Shown here piece after piece: positions 23,495-37,586 of a stretch of DNA of 64,000 nt. Each line of letters opens with the position of its first letter. Position 1 is the first letter of the stretch. The position numbers and the translations under genes are program-made. The notes beneath the pieces were generated by a model. The model saw only the letters and a list, made by a program, of their open reading frames with translations. It was not told the origin of the DNA and searched no databases. Source of the stretch: Chara braunii (lineage: Eukaryota > Plantae > Charophyceae); NCBI GenBank assembly GCA_003427395.1, contig BFEA01000036.1, positions 682,610 to 746,609 of the forward strand, read 5' to 3'.

Positions 23495-26400
23495 GTGACC
23501 CGCTGGTTACGGGGCGAGCCGACCCACGACGACCCACTCTGCTCTGGCGGTCCCCTCCCTCTCACCGGTGGTCCCATGTCGCCATACCACAACCCATATC
23601 TCCCCCCAACTCCCACCATGTCTACTTCTCATCCTCCACCGCTCACGGAGAGCGCTACAACCGAGGAGATCGTCGCGGCGCTATCCACATCCCAGGTCAC
23701 CGTGCAGTCAGCGGCTCATGATCAGACCCATGCGGGCACCATGGACCTTCATGCCGTCCTTGTAGCAATCCAGGCGCAACTTAGTACGCTTGGACTATTG
23801 CAAGCGCAAATCAATGCGCTTGCCCGTGACGTCAACCGCCTCAAGGGCTCTCCCCACCGCTCTCTCCTCCACTCTCACACCCCATCCCGTGTCGGCTCAC
23901 CGGCCGGTTCCCCACGACTCCGACGACACGGACGTGGTGGTTCTTCCTCCCCTGTGGCTCAGACCCAGCACTTCCACTCAGCAGTGGTGAGTGTCGTTGC
24001 CGCTCAAACCACCCCGTTTGTTGCGGCACCTCCTTTGGCCCCTTCCGCCCCTACCGTCTCTACTGCTGCCGCAGGTGCTGCGGTCCAAATACCACCATCT
24101 GGCCCAGAAGTTTCATCGACCCACACCGGTGCTGCTTCCCAGCTTCCCGCACCGGTCGTGGCATTACGACTCCGCCCTCTTCTTCCCACCTTCGTTCCCC
24201 TACCCCCACAGCAGGGTACCACCCAGGCTGAAACTCCTCCTCTCACTGGGAGACCCGCTCCGCCTCCTCCACCTCCTACCCCGCGCACCCAGCGAGTGGC
24301 CACTTTACAGCTCACCATTGCGCCGACTCGGACGAAGATCCCAACCCTGAGACAGCCTCACCCTTCACAGGCTGCTCACCCTTCTTCTTCCTCCACCACC
24401 TCCTCGACCCCCATCATATCGGCTCGTTTCCCTCAACCGGCTCCTCGGCCTCTCCCCTCTTACCTAGCCATTCCGGGATAGTTGCCCGCAGTCGTTGCCT
24501 CCTCGTCTGGTGGTCCATCCGCCAGCGGCCACAGCCCACAGCCTTCCCCCACCTATGCCCCTGCAGCGGCCCCGACTTACGTCGCTTCAGTGCACTCGCC
24601 TCGATCTCTCTCCCCTCGCCATCAACACAGTGGATATCCTCTTGTGCGCACCTCAAACAATCCCGAGTATGATGGCACATCCCGTGTCTCTCGCTGGTTG
24701 CAGATAGCAATGCGCACACTCTCGCTGACGACCACCCGTCAGGAGCAGTGGTGCGATGTGCTCGCAACCAAATTGCGAGGCAGTCCGTCCATTGCGTGGG
24801 AGGATCAATTATACCCAGCGCCTCTGCGTGGGTGAGGTCCCCACCCTGGCCGACTTCGTAGCCTTCCTTCAGGACCGCTTCGGCGCTCGTCATGACGCCA
24901 CCGACGCCTTAGACCGCGTCACCTAGACCAAATGGTCCAGGTCCTCTGTACCGGCCAACCTGGAGCGTCACATCCGGGTGTTTCAGGACGCTCGCCTTGT
25001 TAGTGACGAGATGTTCCTACCGGAGGTCACACTCACCGACCGGTTCCTCGTCATCCTGCCGACTGACTACCGCGTAGAGCTATGGAGACGATCATTCTCT
25101 TCCGTGGAGCAGGCATACGAGGCTGCGTGTCAATACTAAAGGATGTGCAGTTGCTGCTCCGTCTCCCTATTCTCTTCGCGGCCAGCCGCCACCTCCCAGT
25201 TTCGTGGTACCACCAGAGGTCGCTCCTCTTTTGATGAGCGTTTTCGTCGCCCGGCTCGACCTGGAGCGTCATTCTCTCGGCACTACAGTTCTCTCGAGTA
25301 TGGAGAGGACGCCTCAGCCGAGCTCGACCCTACCATTGGGGACGCCCCCGAGGACATCGAGCTTCGGGACGTCATCAAATACCATTTGGATGACGACACT
25401 GTCTCTGTGGCCGAGCGCGTGCAGATGGTCATGTCTGCCATGGGTCGTGCGCACAGTCGGGTTGCACAGGCTGGCGCCCGCACACCCACAGTTCATCAGA
25501 TAGACCTCCCGTAGGGTTTTGTCTCTCCTCGCGGAGCTCTATCCCTTGAGGAGCGTGCCGCCCTTGAGGCCCGGCGTGGCTGCCTTCGTTGCCGCCTGGA
25601 TGGACACACCTCACGGTGTCCATACCACACCGCCCTCAATTGGAACTATGCTGACATCTCTCGCCAGCGTCGATCTCAGTCCCCCCCTGGCCCCGCCGGA
25701 CCAGCCCCACCCAGCTAGCCACGATGCAGTGTACCACGTAGTCGGCTTCCCGACCACCGAGTCGCAGTTTGCTCCTTTGGCTACCCCACCAGAGGATCCT
25801 CGGGACACGACAGACGCAGTTCCCTCGGCCCCGTCATCTGTCGAGGTACTGTCTGCCTCACAACAGACCGCCGCATCTAGTGCTTCCCCTCCGAGACTTC
25901 CGACGCGTCGCGCCATTCGCACAGCCCGTTGTAGTGCTCAGCTGGCGACTCACGATGACGTTGTGTCATCTCTCCTGGACTTTAGCATTCTTCAGGCTCG
26001 TCAGGAGCGACTTATGAGACACGTCAACGTCCTGTGTCGTCTTCTCGCTCTGCTTTCTGACCCTGATCGCATCCTACCCATTATCCTTATTCGCCTAGGG
26101 ACATCCACGAGGGTGTACCGCGCTTTATGGGACTCGGGCTCGCAGAGAGATTTCGTTCACCCTCGAGTGGTTGACGAAGCTCGCCTAGCTACCTCTGGTT
26201 TCACTCTCCTATCTCCGTTACTCTCAGAGATAACAAGACACAACGCTTCTTTGATCAGACGATCCCCGACCTCCACTTCTCCCTGACCCTCCAGCCACCG
26301 GATAGTACTCAAGCGCCTCGGCGCTACCATTCCTCCGCATACTTCGACGTGCTGGAGACTAGGTACGCCTTTATCTTTGGCACTCCTTGGTCTCGCCGGT

Positions 26401-29400
26401 TTCGTGGCATAGAGGCCGAATGGGCGACCGAGACACTCGTTCTCAAAACGAAGTGTGGTCAGACTCATCGCGTCCCCTTCATTGGAACCACGGGTGACAC
26501 ACCCTCCCGACCTACCTCCCCAGGACCCTCGTCCCTCAGGGTCCCACCCCGACATCACCTTCACTTCCCCTCCTCAGTTTGCTTACTTCATACGACAGCA
26601 GAACGTCACGTTCTACTCGGTGAATGTCATGGATCTTCTTCGCTATGATCCACTATGTCCCGAGGTTGAGCTCATCTCTCTGGAACCCGATCCCCCTGAC
26701 TCTTCCTCCATCTTCGCGGCTCTCATCTCTACGTCCATCCGTCAGCCTGCGGATACCCCCTCCATATCCCTGCCCTCTACGCCGTCAACTGTTGAGTCCA
26801 CACATACGTCTCGTGCTGATGCAGACATTGAGGAACTCACACGGTTCACGACAGACTTAGAGCCCACCCTTCGCGACCTGATTCGAGACTACCGCGATGT
26901 CATCCCTCCGTATTTCTCATACAGCGGGATCCCTCCGATGCGTGGTGTTGAGCATTCTATCCAGCTCGTGCCTGACTATCGTGTTCACCATCAGGCACCG
27001 TACTAACTCTCGATTCCAAAGGCGACGGAACTCAAGCGTTAGCTTGAGGAGCTCCTTCGACTGGGTTTCATTAAACCAGTAACTCCCCTTGGGGGTGCAC
27101 CTGTCCTCTTTGCTCGCAAAGCGGACGAAACTTTCAGCCCCTGCATCGACTACGGCGGCCTTAATTAAGAACAACTATCCCATGCGCCGCACGGATGAGT
27201 TGTTTGACCATCTGGCAGGCAACCGCTTCTTCACAAAGATCGATCTTTGTGGCGGTTATCACCAGATCTGCGTTGCTGCAGAGGATCAACCGAAGACCAC
27301 CTTCCGGTCGCACTTCGACCACTACGAGTTCACGGTGATGCCATTCGGCCTCACCAATGCACCCGCCACCTTCCATACGATGATGAACGACATCTTCAGG
27401 GGCATCCTTGAAGAATACGTTCTCATATACCTGGACGATATCTTGGTCTACAGTCGTATCTTAGAAGACCATATCAGACACATCCGCGATGTCCTGCAGC
27501 GCTTACGCAAGCATGACTTTTATGCCAAGCTTAGTAAGTGCCGCTTTGCCCAACGCAAAGTGAACTTCCTAGGACACCATGTCTCTGACCAGGGTCTCCA
27601 CATGGACGACGAGAAGATCACTCCTATTGCAGAGTGTCCCGTCCCCACATCTGCCAAGCAGCTTCGCAGTTTCCTAGGCCTCATGAGCTACTATAGTAAT
27701 TTTATCCAGGGATAAACTAGGTATTCATACGTTCTTGCCTCCACCCTCCTCCAAAAGAACCCGCCGTGGTTTTGGACACCCCTCTGCGAGGACGCCTTCC
27801 CCGCCCTCAAATAGACGGTGACTTGTGCGTCGGTTCTTCGCCTCCTAGATTTTGATCGCCCCTTCATCGTCACCACTGATGCGTCAGATTTTGCAGTAGG
27901 TGCAGTACTTTCTCAGGTGTTTCCCTCTCCTCCTGATTCACCTTATCCCCATGTTCCTCCTTCCCCCCCGGCTCCTGCTGACACTGCTTCTCGACAGACG
28001 CCTATCCTTCCACCACTTCCCTCAACTGATAGTCCTCTCATTACTTACTCCCCGACCATCGCAGAGGATGGGACTGTTGAGGTTCGTGTCGGGGATTGCC
28101 TGATCGTCTTCTACTCTCGTCAGCTACTGCCTGCTGAGATAAACTACACTGCCGATGAACGTGAGGTTCTCGCAGTAGTTTATGTTATCCGGCATTGGCG
28201 TCATTATCTGCACGGGGCGCCCTACACGGTGCGCACGGACAACTCAGTTGTACAGACTTTCCTCACGAAGCCCAAACTTTCCCCTCGACAGGCACGTTGG
28301 TGGCGTGACTTATCCGAGTTCAGTTTCACCACTCAGCCCATCAAGGGTGAAACGAACCCCGTTGCCGATGCCTTGTCCCGCCGTCGTGATTACAATCAGG
28401 AACCCATCCATCTTGTTGCCATCTCCATCACCATTGTTGATCGGACTGTGATCGACGCATATCGCACCCATTATCGTCACTGTCCGGATTATCGCATCAT
28501 CCACGAGACACTGCGGAGTGGCAAGACCGTTCCCTCATACTCCCTTGGTGAGAACGGTCTCATGTACTGGCATGGCAGATCTGGTCAGCTAGAACCACGT
28601 ATCTGCGTTCCCTCCACCAGACAGCTCCACGTCCAGGCAGTAGCAGAGTTCCATGACCAGGCAGTTGCCGGTCATATGGGCTTCCACAAGACATTGACTC
28701 GTGTTTGCCGCCTATACGTTTGGCCGAAGTCCAAGGACTTCGTCAAAGCCTACATCCAGGAGTGTCCTACCTGTCAGGAGGTGAATAGTGAGAACCACCT
28801 CCCGTATGGTTACTTCAGCTTTAACCCATACCCGAGGGTCGTTGGCAGTCAGTCTCGATGGATTTCATTGGTCCCCTCCGCCCACCCACTNAGCGCGGTC
28901 ATGATGCTATCTGAGTCGTCATCGATCGCTTCACGAAGCATGCACATTTTGTTCCGTGCCACTATCGCATTAGCGCCCATGAGGTCGCCGACATCGTCTT
29001 CGACCGAGTCGTGAGAGATCACGACTTACCTCAGAGCATCATTTTCGACCGTGACCCGCGTTTTACCTGTACATTTTGACGACGCCTACACGAGGTGTAC
29101 GGATTCCAGCTCCACTTCTCATCGTCTTACTACCCTCAGACGGATGGTCAGATTGAGGTCACCAATAAAACTCTCGGTAATGTTCTCCGAAAGTTTGTTA
29201 GGTATGACCAGCAGTGGGACTTACACTTAGCCCACATGGAGATTGCGTATAACCACGTTGTTTCACCGGCCATGGGGATGTTGCCATTCTATTGCGGCCC
29301 AGGCTACCACCCTCGCGTACCCGCGGACTTCCTACGACCATCGCGGTTGCGCCCAGACACTCGTTGTTCTGCGCTGGATGACTTGATCGCCCACATGGCA

Positions 29401-30163
29401 ACGATTATGAAGCGCGCACACGAGAGTTTAACCGATTTCCAGACTCGCATGGTCGCACGAGCAAACCGATTACGAATGGATCACCCAGTCAAAGTCGGTG
29501 ACGATGTGCTCGTCGACGCACGCCATTTACAGCTCGAAGCAGATACGCTTCGCAAGTTCAGGCGTCGTTTTTTCGGTCCATCCCGCATCCTTCAGACCGT
29601 CGGTTCTGGTACTGCCGTTAGCCCGGTCAGCTTTCGTGTGAAACTACCTGATTACCTTCGACAGGCTAACGTCTGTCTCTTATACACATCTAGATGTGTA
29701 TAAGAGACAGCGCCATTTACAGCTCGAAGCAGATACGCTTCGCAAGTTCAGGCGTCGTTTTTTCGGTCCATCCCGCATCCTTCAGACCGTCGGTTCTGGT
29801 ACTGCCGTTAGCCCGGTCAGCTTTCGTGTGAAACTACCTGATTACCTTCGACAGGCTCGCGTACAAGATGTTTACCACGTATCCTTGCGGCGTCCTTATC
29901 GCAGACCGTCTGAGCGCTTCGTCGGACATCCTTATGAGCGCCCTCCACCTATCACGGTGGACGGTCACGAGGAGCTCGTCGTTTTCGACATCGTATCTCG
30001 CCGAGTTACCGACGATATGCCTCCATGCATCGAGTACCTTGTGCGTTGGAAGCGTTATCCTGATGAGGAGGCTACTTGGGAGCCCCTCGAGCACTTGGAG
30101 CATGCCCGGATGTTGGTGCGTGCATATGATCGTGCTCGTCGTGCTGAGACATCTGCTTCTTAG
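23495..30163 (+). mobile_element. Chromovirus-type Ty3/Gypsy element C, degenerate gag-pol; LTRs not identified
   Basis: Gag PEYDG..WCDVLATKLRG; degenerate knuckle CLRCRLDGHTSRC at ~25580; PR ALWDSGS; RT MPFGLTNAPATF/YLDD; RNase H TTDAS; INT HHCC, PQTDGQIE; chromodomain EYLVRWKRYPDEEATWEPLEHL. Many frameshifts. Confidence 0.93.
29673..29710. other. Nextera mate-pair junction adapter (assembly artefact)
   Basis: Exact CTGTCTCTTATACACATCT+AGATGTGTATAAGAGACAG (two Tn5 mosaic ends), between identical copies 29521-29667 and 29711-29857. Confidence 0.98.
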
Positions 30164-31669
30164 CTGATTGACCCTCTTCCNCCTCCTCCGGCTGAGGAGA
30201 TTGCTGAGGACGAGCCCGCTCCCTCTGAGGTCGTTCTTCAGCAGCAGATGGACGCCTTCGCGCGTCCACAGCGCACTCGTCGACGTCCTCGACGTCTTGA
30301 CGGTTAACACTCTGATCACCTAATATCACCCTACTGACTCACACCATCAGGTACTCCATCATCAGCTTCTTGAAGATGTTAGCGTTTTGCGGCTCTGCTT
30401 TGACATCGACCTCGACTCCTACTTCATCGACGTCATCGACCACTTCGACGACTTCAGTTACCTTGTCGACTCCAGCCATTTTATCGGTTTCAATTACTTT
30501 GGACGTGACTACTTCACGCCACCACCCTACCCTGTACACTCCCTTGCGTCTGTCGCATGATGGTTCTCACTTAGCTAGGTCTCTTTGAGTTGGGCTCTCC
30601 TTTGGTATCGCATAGGCATTGGGACCGTAGCGTTATTTTGGCTTCCTTGCTTCCAGATTTAGCTCCCTCCTCCCTCAATTGGTGAGTTGTGTGCATGTTT
30701 CCCTCACCCACTACCCTCATCACCCTAGTGTTGGCCCTTGCATGCCTTCAGTTAGGCATATCTCCACCCTATTCCAAGGTCCCCTTTTTTTCATGGTCGA
30801 CCCTGCATGGTGTCATCCTTTTGTTGAGCATTACCCGCCCTGATGGTCTATCTGTTAGGGTCCTTGGTTTTGTTTCGCTGCCACTCTCCCACCTTGAGCC
30901 TGATGACCTATCCCACCTTCACATGTGACTGCCCTTAGGAGTTTCGATTTTTAGACTGCATTCACCCCCTCTGAGATCATCCCACTCTTAGTGGTTCAGG
31001 GACATGACATAAGCTTGTGACATATTGTTTTTTTTCCTTTCAGCACTGAGGCAATTGCCTCTAGGACTTTAGGATTGTATATTGCTACATTTTTTATTTT
31101 TTTTTTGGCTAGGATGTGTATACCAGACATTTGTGTTTCATTTGACATTATGTAGCTTAGGCTGCATCGCATGGACTCCACATGGAGCGTGCTTCGCATC
31201 TTAGATTTCTCAGCTTTCTTTTTACTGCAGAGTTCCGCTGCTTTTGCGGATAGCGTGTTTATGGCTCTTGCGATCCATTACAAGTCTGAAGATCGTGCAG
31301 CGGGCCTCCATCTGCCCTGGCCTATAGCCAGGGTCTATTTGGCTATTTGTCAGTTCGGTCTGTGGGACTAGGCCGTGGCTTGACCCCACAGGCCGTGTGT
31401 TGTTCCAGTCCTGCCCGGTATCACTGTCGGTACCAGGCCAATCCAGTCCAGTCAGTCAGTCCGATGTTGTCTGTTTTTCGTCATTCATCATTTCTGCACT
31501 TGTTGGAGTACGTGCGGTGTTGAGTCTGCGTCGGAGCTGCGCTGTCCCTTCCAGCTCCATCTCCACTTCCTCCTTCCTCTACCCCTTCGTCTCCATCCTG
31601 TCAGACCACCATCCCGGCGGGTCCGACACACAACAGGAAAAGTAATGTCGGTTTGGGTAGGTCATCCCC

Positions 31670-31733
<64 letters not shown>

Positions 31734-32047
31734 GGCACCAAGAAACAGGACGGTAGTGTTGGGCTATCGGGACATTCTGGCCACTTTAAGGTGAGGTCGA
31801 GTTGTCAAAACCCGTCCCAGGCAGCACAACATACCGTAATCTTCCGAAGCTCGTTGAGCTCTCACGAAGGCCAGATAACCTTCTTCAGGATCGTCACGCA
31901 GTTCATTGAAACTATCACTTCTGCAAGGATTATGCTGGTCACCTAGCCACATCATGCCCACAAAATTTTGTCATTAATACTTTAGAGCACAAAGAGCAGG
32001 TTCTGGGGAGAGGGCAGGTACCAGGGCAAGCAATCCCTATCCTGCCC

Positions 32048-34585
32048 ATGAGGACGGCGCACGACCGTCGTGGCCTCGGAGTAGGTGCACTGAGGAACGA
32101 ATGGTCACAGAAGCCCACCACGTCTCCAGACAAGACAGCATTCGTTCTAGTTAGTGCTTCCAATATTCCGACCTCCTTCAATGTGGGGATGGTTAATCAG
32201 CCAACGCAGATATCTCAGTCCTCCGGTAGCAAAACAAGGACAACTGTTTGGAGACAAGTGGCTCAAAACGCTGCGTTAAAAGCCAATCATGCACAGGCAG
32301 GGGGGTCCATCCTTGCCTCAGCTACGGTTGAAAAGGAGGTAATAGAGAAAGTATCAGAGTTAAAAATCTCTAATCAAACCAAGAACAAAGGGGAAAAGGA
32401 TGGAATCCTTACAAAGCCATTAGTGGAGCTGGTTGAAGCAGCAACTGCCCTTCCCCTGAACGAAGCAGTCACCCCCACCCCCAACAACCGTCACATCACA
32501 GACACAAAGAACCCTCTCTCAAAGGGAGAAGAGATCAAGGAGAAGGGAGAAGACAGCAAGGGGATGGGAAGAAAGACGGCAGGCAAGGAAAGGGGACTTG
32601 AAAGTCTCCAGGCAGAACAAGGGAAGGAGGAATTAGAAGAGGATATGGATGAGGATGAGGAGGATGCTCGGTCGGATGCCTCCTTCCAGGACTCATCAAG
32701 CTCATTTGAGGACGCCGTGGTGCCAAAAGAAAAAAGAGGGAGCAAATAAAATGAAGAGGAGGCCAAGGTAGGAACGGCCAATGCATCACACAAACAAATT
32801 GGGAAGGAGGAATTAGAAGATGATAGGGCTGAGGATGAGGAGGATGCTCGATCAGATGCCTCCTTCCACTCATATGACTCGTCCATCTCATTTGACGACG
32901 CCGCGGTGCCAAAAGAAAAATTTAAAGAAGGAGAAAAGAAAAAGGAGAGGGGGCGAAGGTAGGAACGACCAATGCATCACACAAACAAATTAAACCACCA
33001 GTACTTGGCCCATACATCAGCCGTGGGGCGTTCCCGTTAATGCCCCGCAACTTCCAGAGGCTCGGGGTACGGGCCCTCAAAGGCTGGCACCGCCAGCCAA
33101 AACAAGTTTTTTTTGTTGCGCTGGTGGGTCGGCGCGAAACGGCCCGCAGCCCGTTTTCAGGCTCGGCATCTATAGCTGGGCGAAGTACTGGTGGTTTAAG
33201 TAGACAAAAGCGCTGGCCTCATCAGATCTTCAGGGTCCCACTAACAAGTATTTTGTACCCCTCATATGCAGACAACCCCCCAAAGGTGTGAGGTTTTTAA
33301 CCTACAACAGGGAATCAAGCATCAAACACCTCACGCCCTTTGTTGTGGCAAGCAACCCTAGCAGAAATACAATGTTGGAAAAAACCAGGAATTACCTTGG
33401 GCCAAAAGTGGTAGTGATACAGGTCCCAAGCACAAGGACAAGGAAGATGGTCCGGCCCAACTCAACAGGGAAAAAACTTTATATTTTGTGGCTGCCTTTG
33501 ATGTCCGTCCCACGGAATCAGAGCTTGCTGAGTTGGAATCCTGTCATGCCTTTTGGTGTCCACTGGAATGGGCAAAGGAAGAGGTTGTAATCCATGTCAA
33601 AATTATCTATACGGTTGATGCCATCTTGGGGGATGTAATCCTGGACTACAACCAACAATTGGTCGCAGACTCCAATCTCTTTTCTAAGTTTTTTGCAAGG
33701 CTCCTATCTGTTCCATGGCGGAACAGCATGGAAAAGCCTGCAGCATCAGGTCAGAGGAGACGTAAATCAAGCATAAACTCGTTGTTGTCAGAAAAGGAAA
33801 TGATTGTGGGTGTGGGCCCTTTTCCTGATGGGGATACGACTATGGAGGTAGGGGAGGTAGATAAGATTTTTCGCTTTCCGGCGCCACACATCTCCCTCAT
33901 CCAAAATGTAGAGGGTCTCAGTGGTAATGAATAAACTAAGGGTTGGGACATGGAATGTTCATGGCCTTGGAGATGGGAGTGTTACTCATAAATGGGCCAA
34001 AATTAAGTCTTGGGTGCACCAGAAAAAAAATGATATTCTACTAATCCAGGAAACCAAATTAAACGACAAGAAAATCGAAGAGAATAGATAGAGGTGGCAA
34101 GGACCACAGTTTTTGGGCCCTGCAGATGAAACAAAAGGTGGAACAACAATCCTGATTAGCAAGAATCTATGTTTCGTACACATAGACGATTTCGCAGACT
34201 CAATGGGGCGTTGGCCCGTCGGGTATGGGCCACCATCTCAATGAAAGCGACTCCATAGACTATAATGTCTATTTATGCATCTGTGATCATGAGAGATAAG
34301 TTGCTATTTTTCGAGACTCTTCCGCATATTATTCCCCCCACAAACAGTCTAGTGGTAGAAGGAGACTGGAATACCATTCTAGACCCCCTACTAGACTCCA
34401 CCTCAAGCGACCCGATGAGGGAAGACTTCAAAGCAGTCAACCGTTTCCTGGAAACGCAGAATCTGGGAGACCGTTTCAGGTTGTTATACCTTGAATCCCA
34501 GCAATACACTTGGATATCCCCAGTAGCCAGGGTTAATAATCTGCACACAAAACTCTACCTGGATTTTTTTCGTAATAAGGCATAG
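32048..34585 (+). mobile_element. Truncated non-LTR retrotransposon (L1/Tx1-like): ORF1 remnant and APE endonuclease of ORF2
   Basis: From ATG 33927: MNKLRVGTWNVHGL...DILLIQETKL, then GDWNTILDP and YTW motifs (34265-34585). The upstream ORF stop (33934) lies just past the ORF2 start codon. No RT present. Confidence 0.85.
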
Positions 34586-35106
34586 ACCAATGATAGCCTG
34601 TGACGAACCGTTTTCTGCAACCGCGCGATTTTTTGCGCAAGGCTCCTTCGGGGGTTGAATCAGGATGACTTATTGGATTGCATGGGTGCCCAAGGCCAGG
34701 ATAGTCCCACGAAGGTTGGTAGTTGATCGTGCCTCGGCGAGCGTGAAGGATAATTGTTGTCATAGCTTCTTTCTTGTTCTACTGAGGGAAATGGGAATTT
34801 TGGCGTGATCGTCGCACGGGAAAATCTTTCCTGAATTTTAACTGATGTCGAGCCCCCGTGAGCTCTCGAAATTTGTTTCCTTCGGAATTTCTTTCTGCAA
34901 TTAGGATTTAGATTATGAATTCAGGCGCATCTAAATTTCTTTTGCACGACGCTTCTTGCTTGCGCACGCTTTGCCGCGTCAGGATATGTGCTCTGACTTT
35001 TTCGCACCTTAATCCTTGCGTGTAACTATAATTTTTGTTTTGGTGGGCATAATTGCAACTGTAATCCTCTAGTTCTTGATATCTTTTGTGGCGCCCCTGT
35101 GCGCGC

Positions 35107-35770
35107 TGTCGAACCAAGTACCCGTACAAGGGTATTTGGCCATGTTTTTGCAGTTGACATAGCGACGACATCAGTTACCATAACGGGGCTGGTCTGAAAT
35201 GAAAAGGGTGTACGCACTTTAGCGTGACACTTGAAACGATTTCCTCAGCTATTGAGGCCGGGACAAATCGGTGAACAAAGTTTCGAGAGTATGCGCGCGT
35301 GTTGTTATGACGCACATTGTGGTGGTTAGAATCGGTAATGATACCCTCCGACCGAAAAGGATGAGGGGTTGATTAGGTTAGTAATGTGTAAGGTACATCT
35401 ACGACACTCACTTTGACTTGGGCTGGTACCTGTTTACCTACCAGTATTGGGCCTATAAAATTGTCAATTTTTGTCTTCTTCTGCTCAGCATCTCGAGTAC
35501 TCGGCGCATCTACCTTTACTTGGTGTGATACCGGCCTACCTGCTACTTGATTGTTTTTCCGCTGTCGCGGGCCTCTTTCCCCGCCGCTTGAGTATTTTCC
35601 CCGCCGCAACCCTCAACGTCACGATTAAAGGTAAGTACCGGCCCTTTAGGCCTTCCGAGCAACCACGTACCCTTGCGGGTCACATACACACTCAAGCCGA
35701 CAAGCACTCAGACAGACACGCAGACCAGCAAGTGTGCTCACACACGGGCTTAGAATTGGATTGGGGCCAT
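35107..35770 (+). repeat. 5' part of an LTR related to element A, interrupted
   Basis: Starts TGTCGA..TACCCGTACAAGGGTATTT and is colinear with 9154-9815 (GCGTGACAC, TAATACCC, TACCCTTGCGGGTCACA). No PPT upstream. Confidence 0.85.
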
Positions 35771-37157
35771 CAACAGAAAAAAATGTTGGGGTTTTTTTTT
35801 AGTGTTGATCACGGGTTCTTAACCCGTTTCAACTGTTTAAAAATTGTTTTTAAACTGTTTTTCCTTGCACATGCACCTTGGTCAACAGGAAGCGATGTAA
35901 ACCAACGTTGGAGAATTATGTTGTCCACATGAAGTGACAAGATAAACAGTTGAACTTTGTGTTGGTAAATAGTTTTCAATCTGTTTATAATCTGTTGAAC
36001 TGCGTAGGGCACGTTGAACTGTGTGTTGCTAAACAGTTGTTAAACAACTGAACACAGGACTTCGTGTTGGATATGAAATTCGATTCATGATGGAAATGTG
36101 ATGGAAATGTGATGAATTGTGTTGGAAATGTGATGAATTGTGTTGGAAATGTGATGGTGTCATGTTTGGAATGATGGCGGCTGCCTGTTGACGAGATGTC
36201 CATTCATCTCGACGCATGCATGCGTCGATCGGAGCATTGTAGAGCATTCGATTGAGGAACTCCGTGAATCGGTCATTGTCGGAAAAACCTGTTGTTCATT
36301 GGGGATCTTGATTTAACAGTTTGGTTTAAGATGGAATGCGATCTTTTATGAGACTAGGTTCCCGCCTTTCTTACTGAACCTTCATGCAATCAAACAATGC
36401 ACTTTTGTGACTGAGCCAGATCGTCCCCTCGATGCCGTCCTCCGTCCCNNNNNNNNNNNNNNNNNNNNNNNNNNNNNNNNNNNNNNNNNNNNNNNNNNNN
36501 NNNNNNNNNNNNNNNNNNNNNNNNNNNNNNNNNNNNNNNNNNNNNNNNNNNNNNNNNNNNNNNNNNNNNNNNNNNNNNNNNNNNNNNNNNNNNNNNNNNN
36601 NNNNNNNNNNNNNNNNNNNNNNNNNNNNNNNNNNNNNNNNNNNNNNNNNNNNNNNNNNNNNNNNNNNNNNNNNNNNNNNNNNNNNNNNNNNNNNNNNNNN
36701 NNNNNNNNNNNNNNNNNNNNNNNNNNNNNNNNNNNNNNNNNNNNNNNNNNNNNNNNNNNNNNNNNNNNNNNNNNNNNNNNNNNNNNNNNNNNNNNNNNNN
36801 NNNNNNNNNNNNNNNNNNNNNNNNNNNNNNNNNNNNNNNNNNNNNNNNNNNNNNNNNNNNNNNNNNNNNNNNNNNNNNNNNNNNNNNNNNNNNNTCTGTT
36901 ATCCTAAATGTGACAATTGGGCCCTTGCAGTCATATGGTTCCGTACTAGGGGCCATCTAATCACCTCAATGCATCGCAGTCATAATAATTGGCACCCACT
37001 TCCCAACCTTGTTATCCCATTGACACAAACTTCTTTTCTCTACAGTTGACAACGCTATATGTTAACTTAAATTTGTCTTGGCTCTCTCTCTCTCTCTCTC
37101 TCTCTAGAAAGTCTCGCTTTGTTTCCCGTTGTCAACTGCAGGGCACTTCATGTGTCA

Positions 37158-37203
<46 letters not shown>

Positions 37204-37412
37204 GAGAGACTCTCGCTTTGTTTCCCCCTCTCAAATGTGGTGCACTTCCAGTGTCAATGTCTTGCAGAGGGGGCCACATAATGACATTAAGGCACCGCAG
37301 TCATAACAAGTGTCACCCACCACGCAACGCTGCCTACCCCTGCCACAGTAACTCGGTTTCATCGCATGACACCCGTGATAAAAGCATTGGCTCCACACTT
37401 CAAAACTCTCTG

Positions 37413-37443
<31 letters not shown>

Positions 37444-37586
37444 TTCTATCTCTATCTCTATCTCTCTCTTCATCTCCACGTCTTGTTGTCGTAGGAGTTG
37501 CAGACACGCAATACCACCACATCTTGACTCTTGTCTCATCCGTCAGAAGAACAGGAGTGTCACTCCGGGACATGTTTCCAAGTTCC

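Noticed and set aside
29673-29710. Genuine Tn5-like element or natural palindrome
   Set aside because: Exact match to the synthetic Nextera junction adapter.
22565-31650. LTR pair, PBS and PPT for chromovirus C (e.g. TGTCAC at ~22832 and ATGACA at ~31009)
   Set aside because: No direct repeat between the flanks and no TSD could be found by eye.
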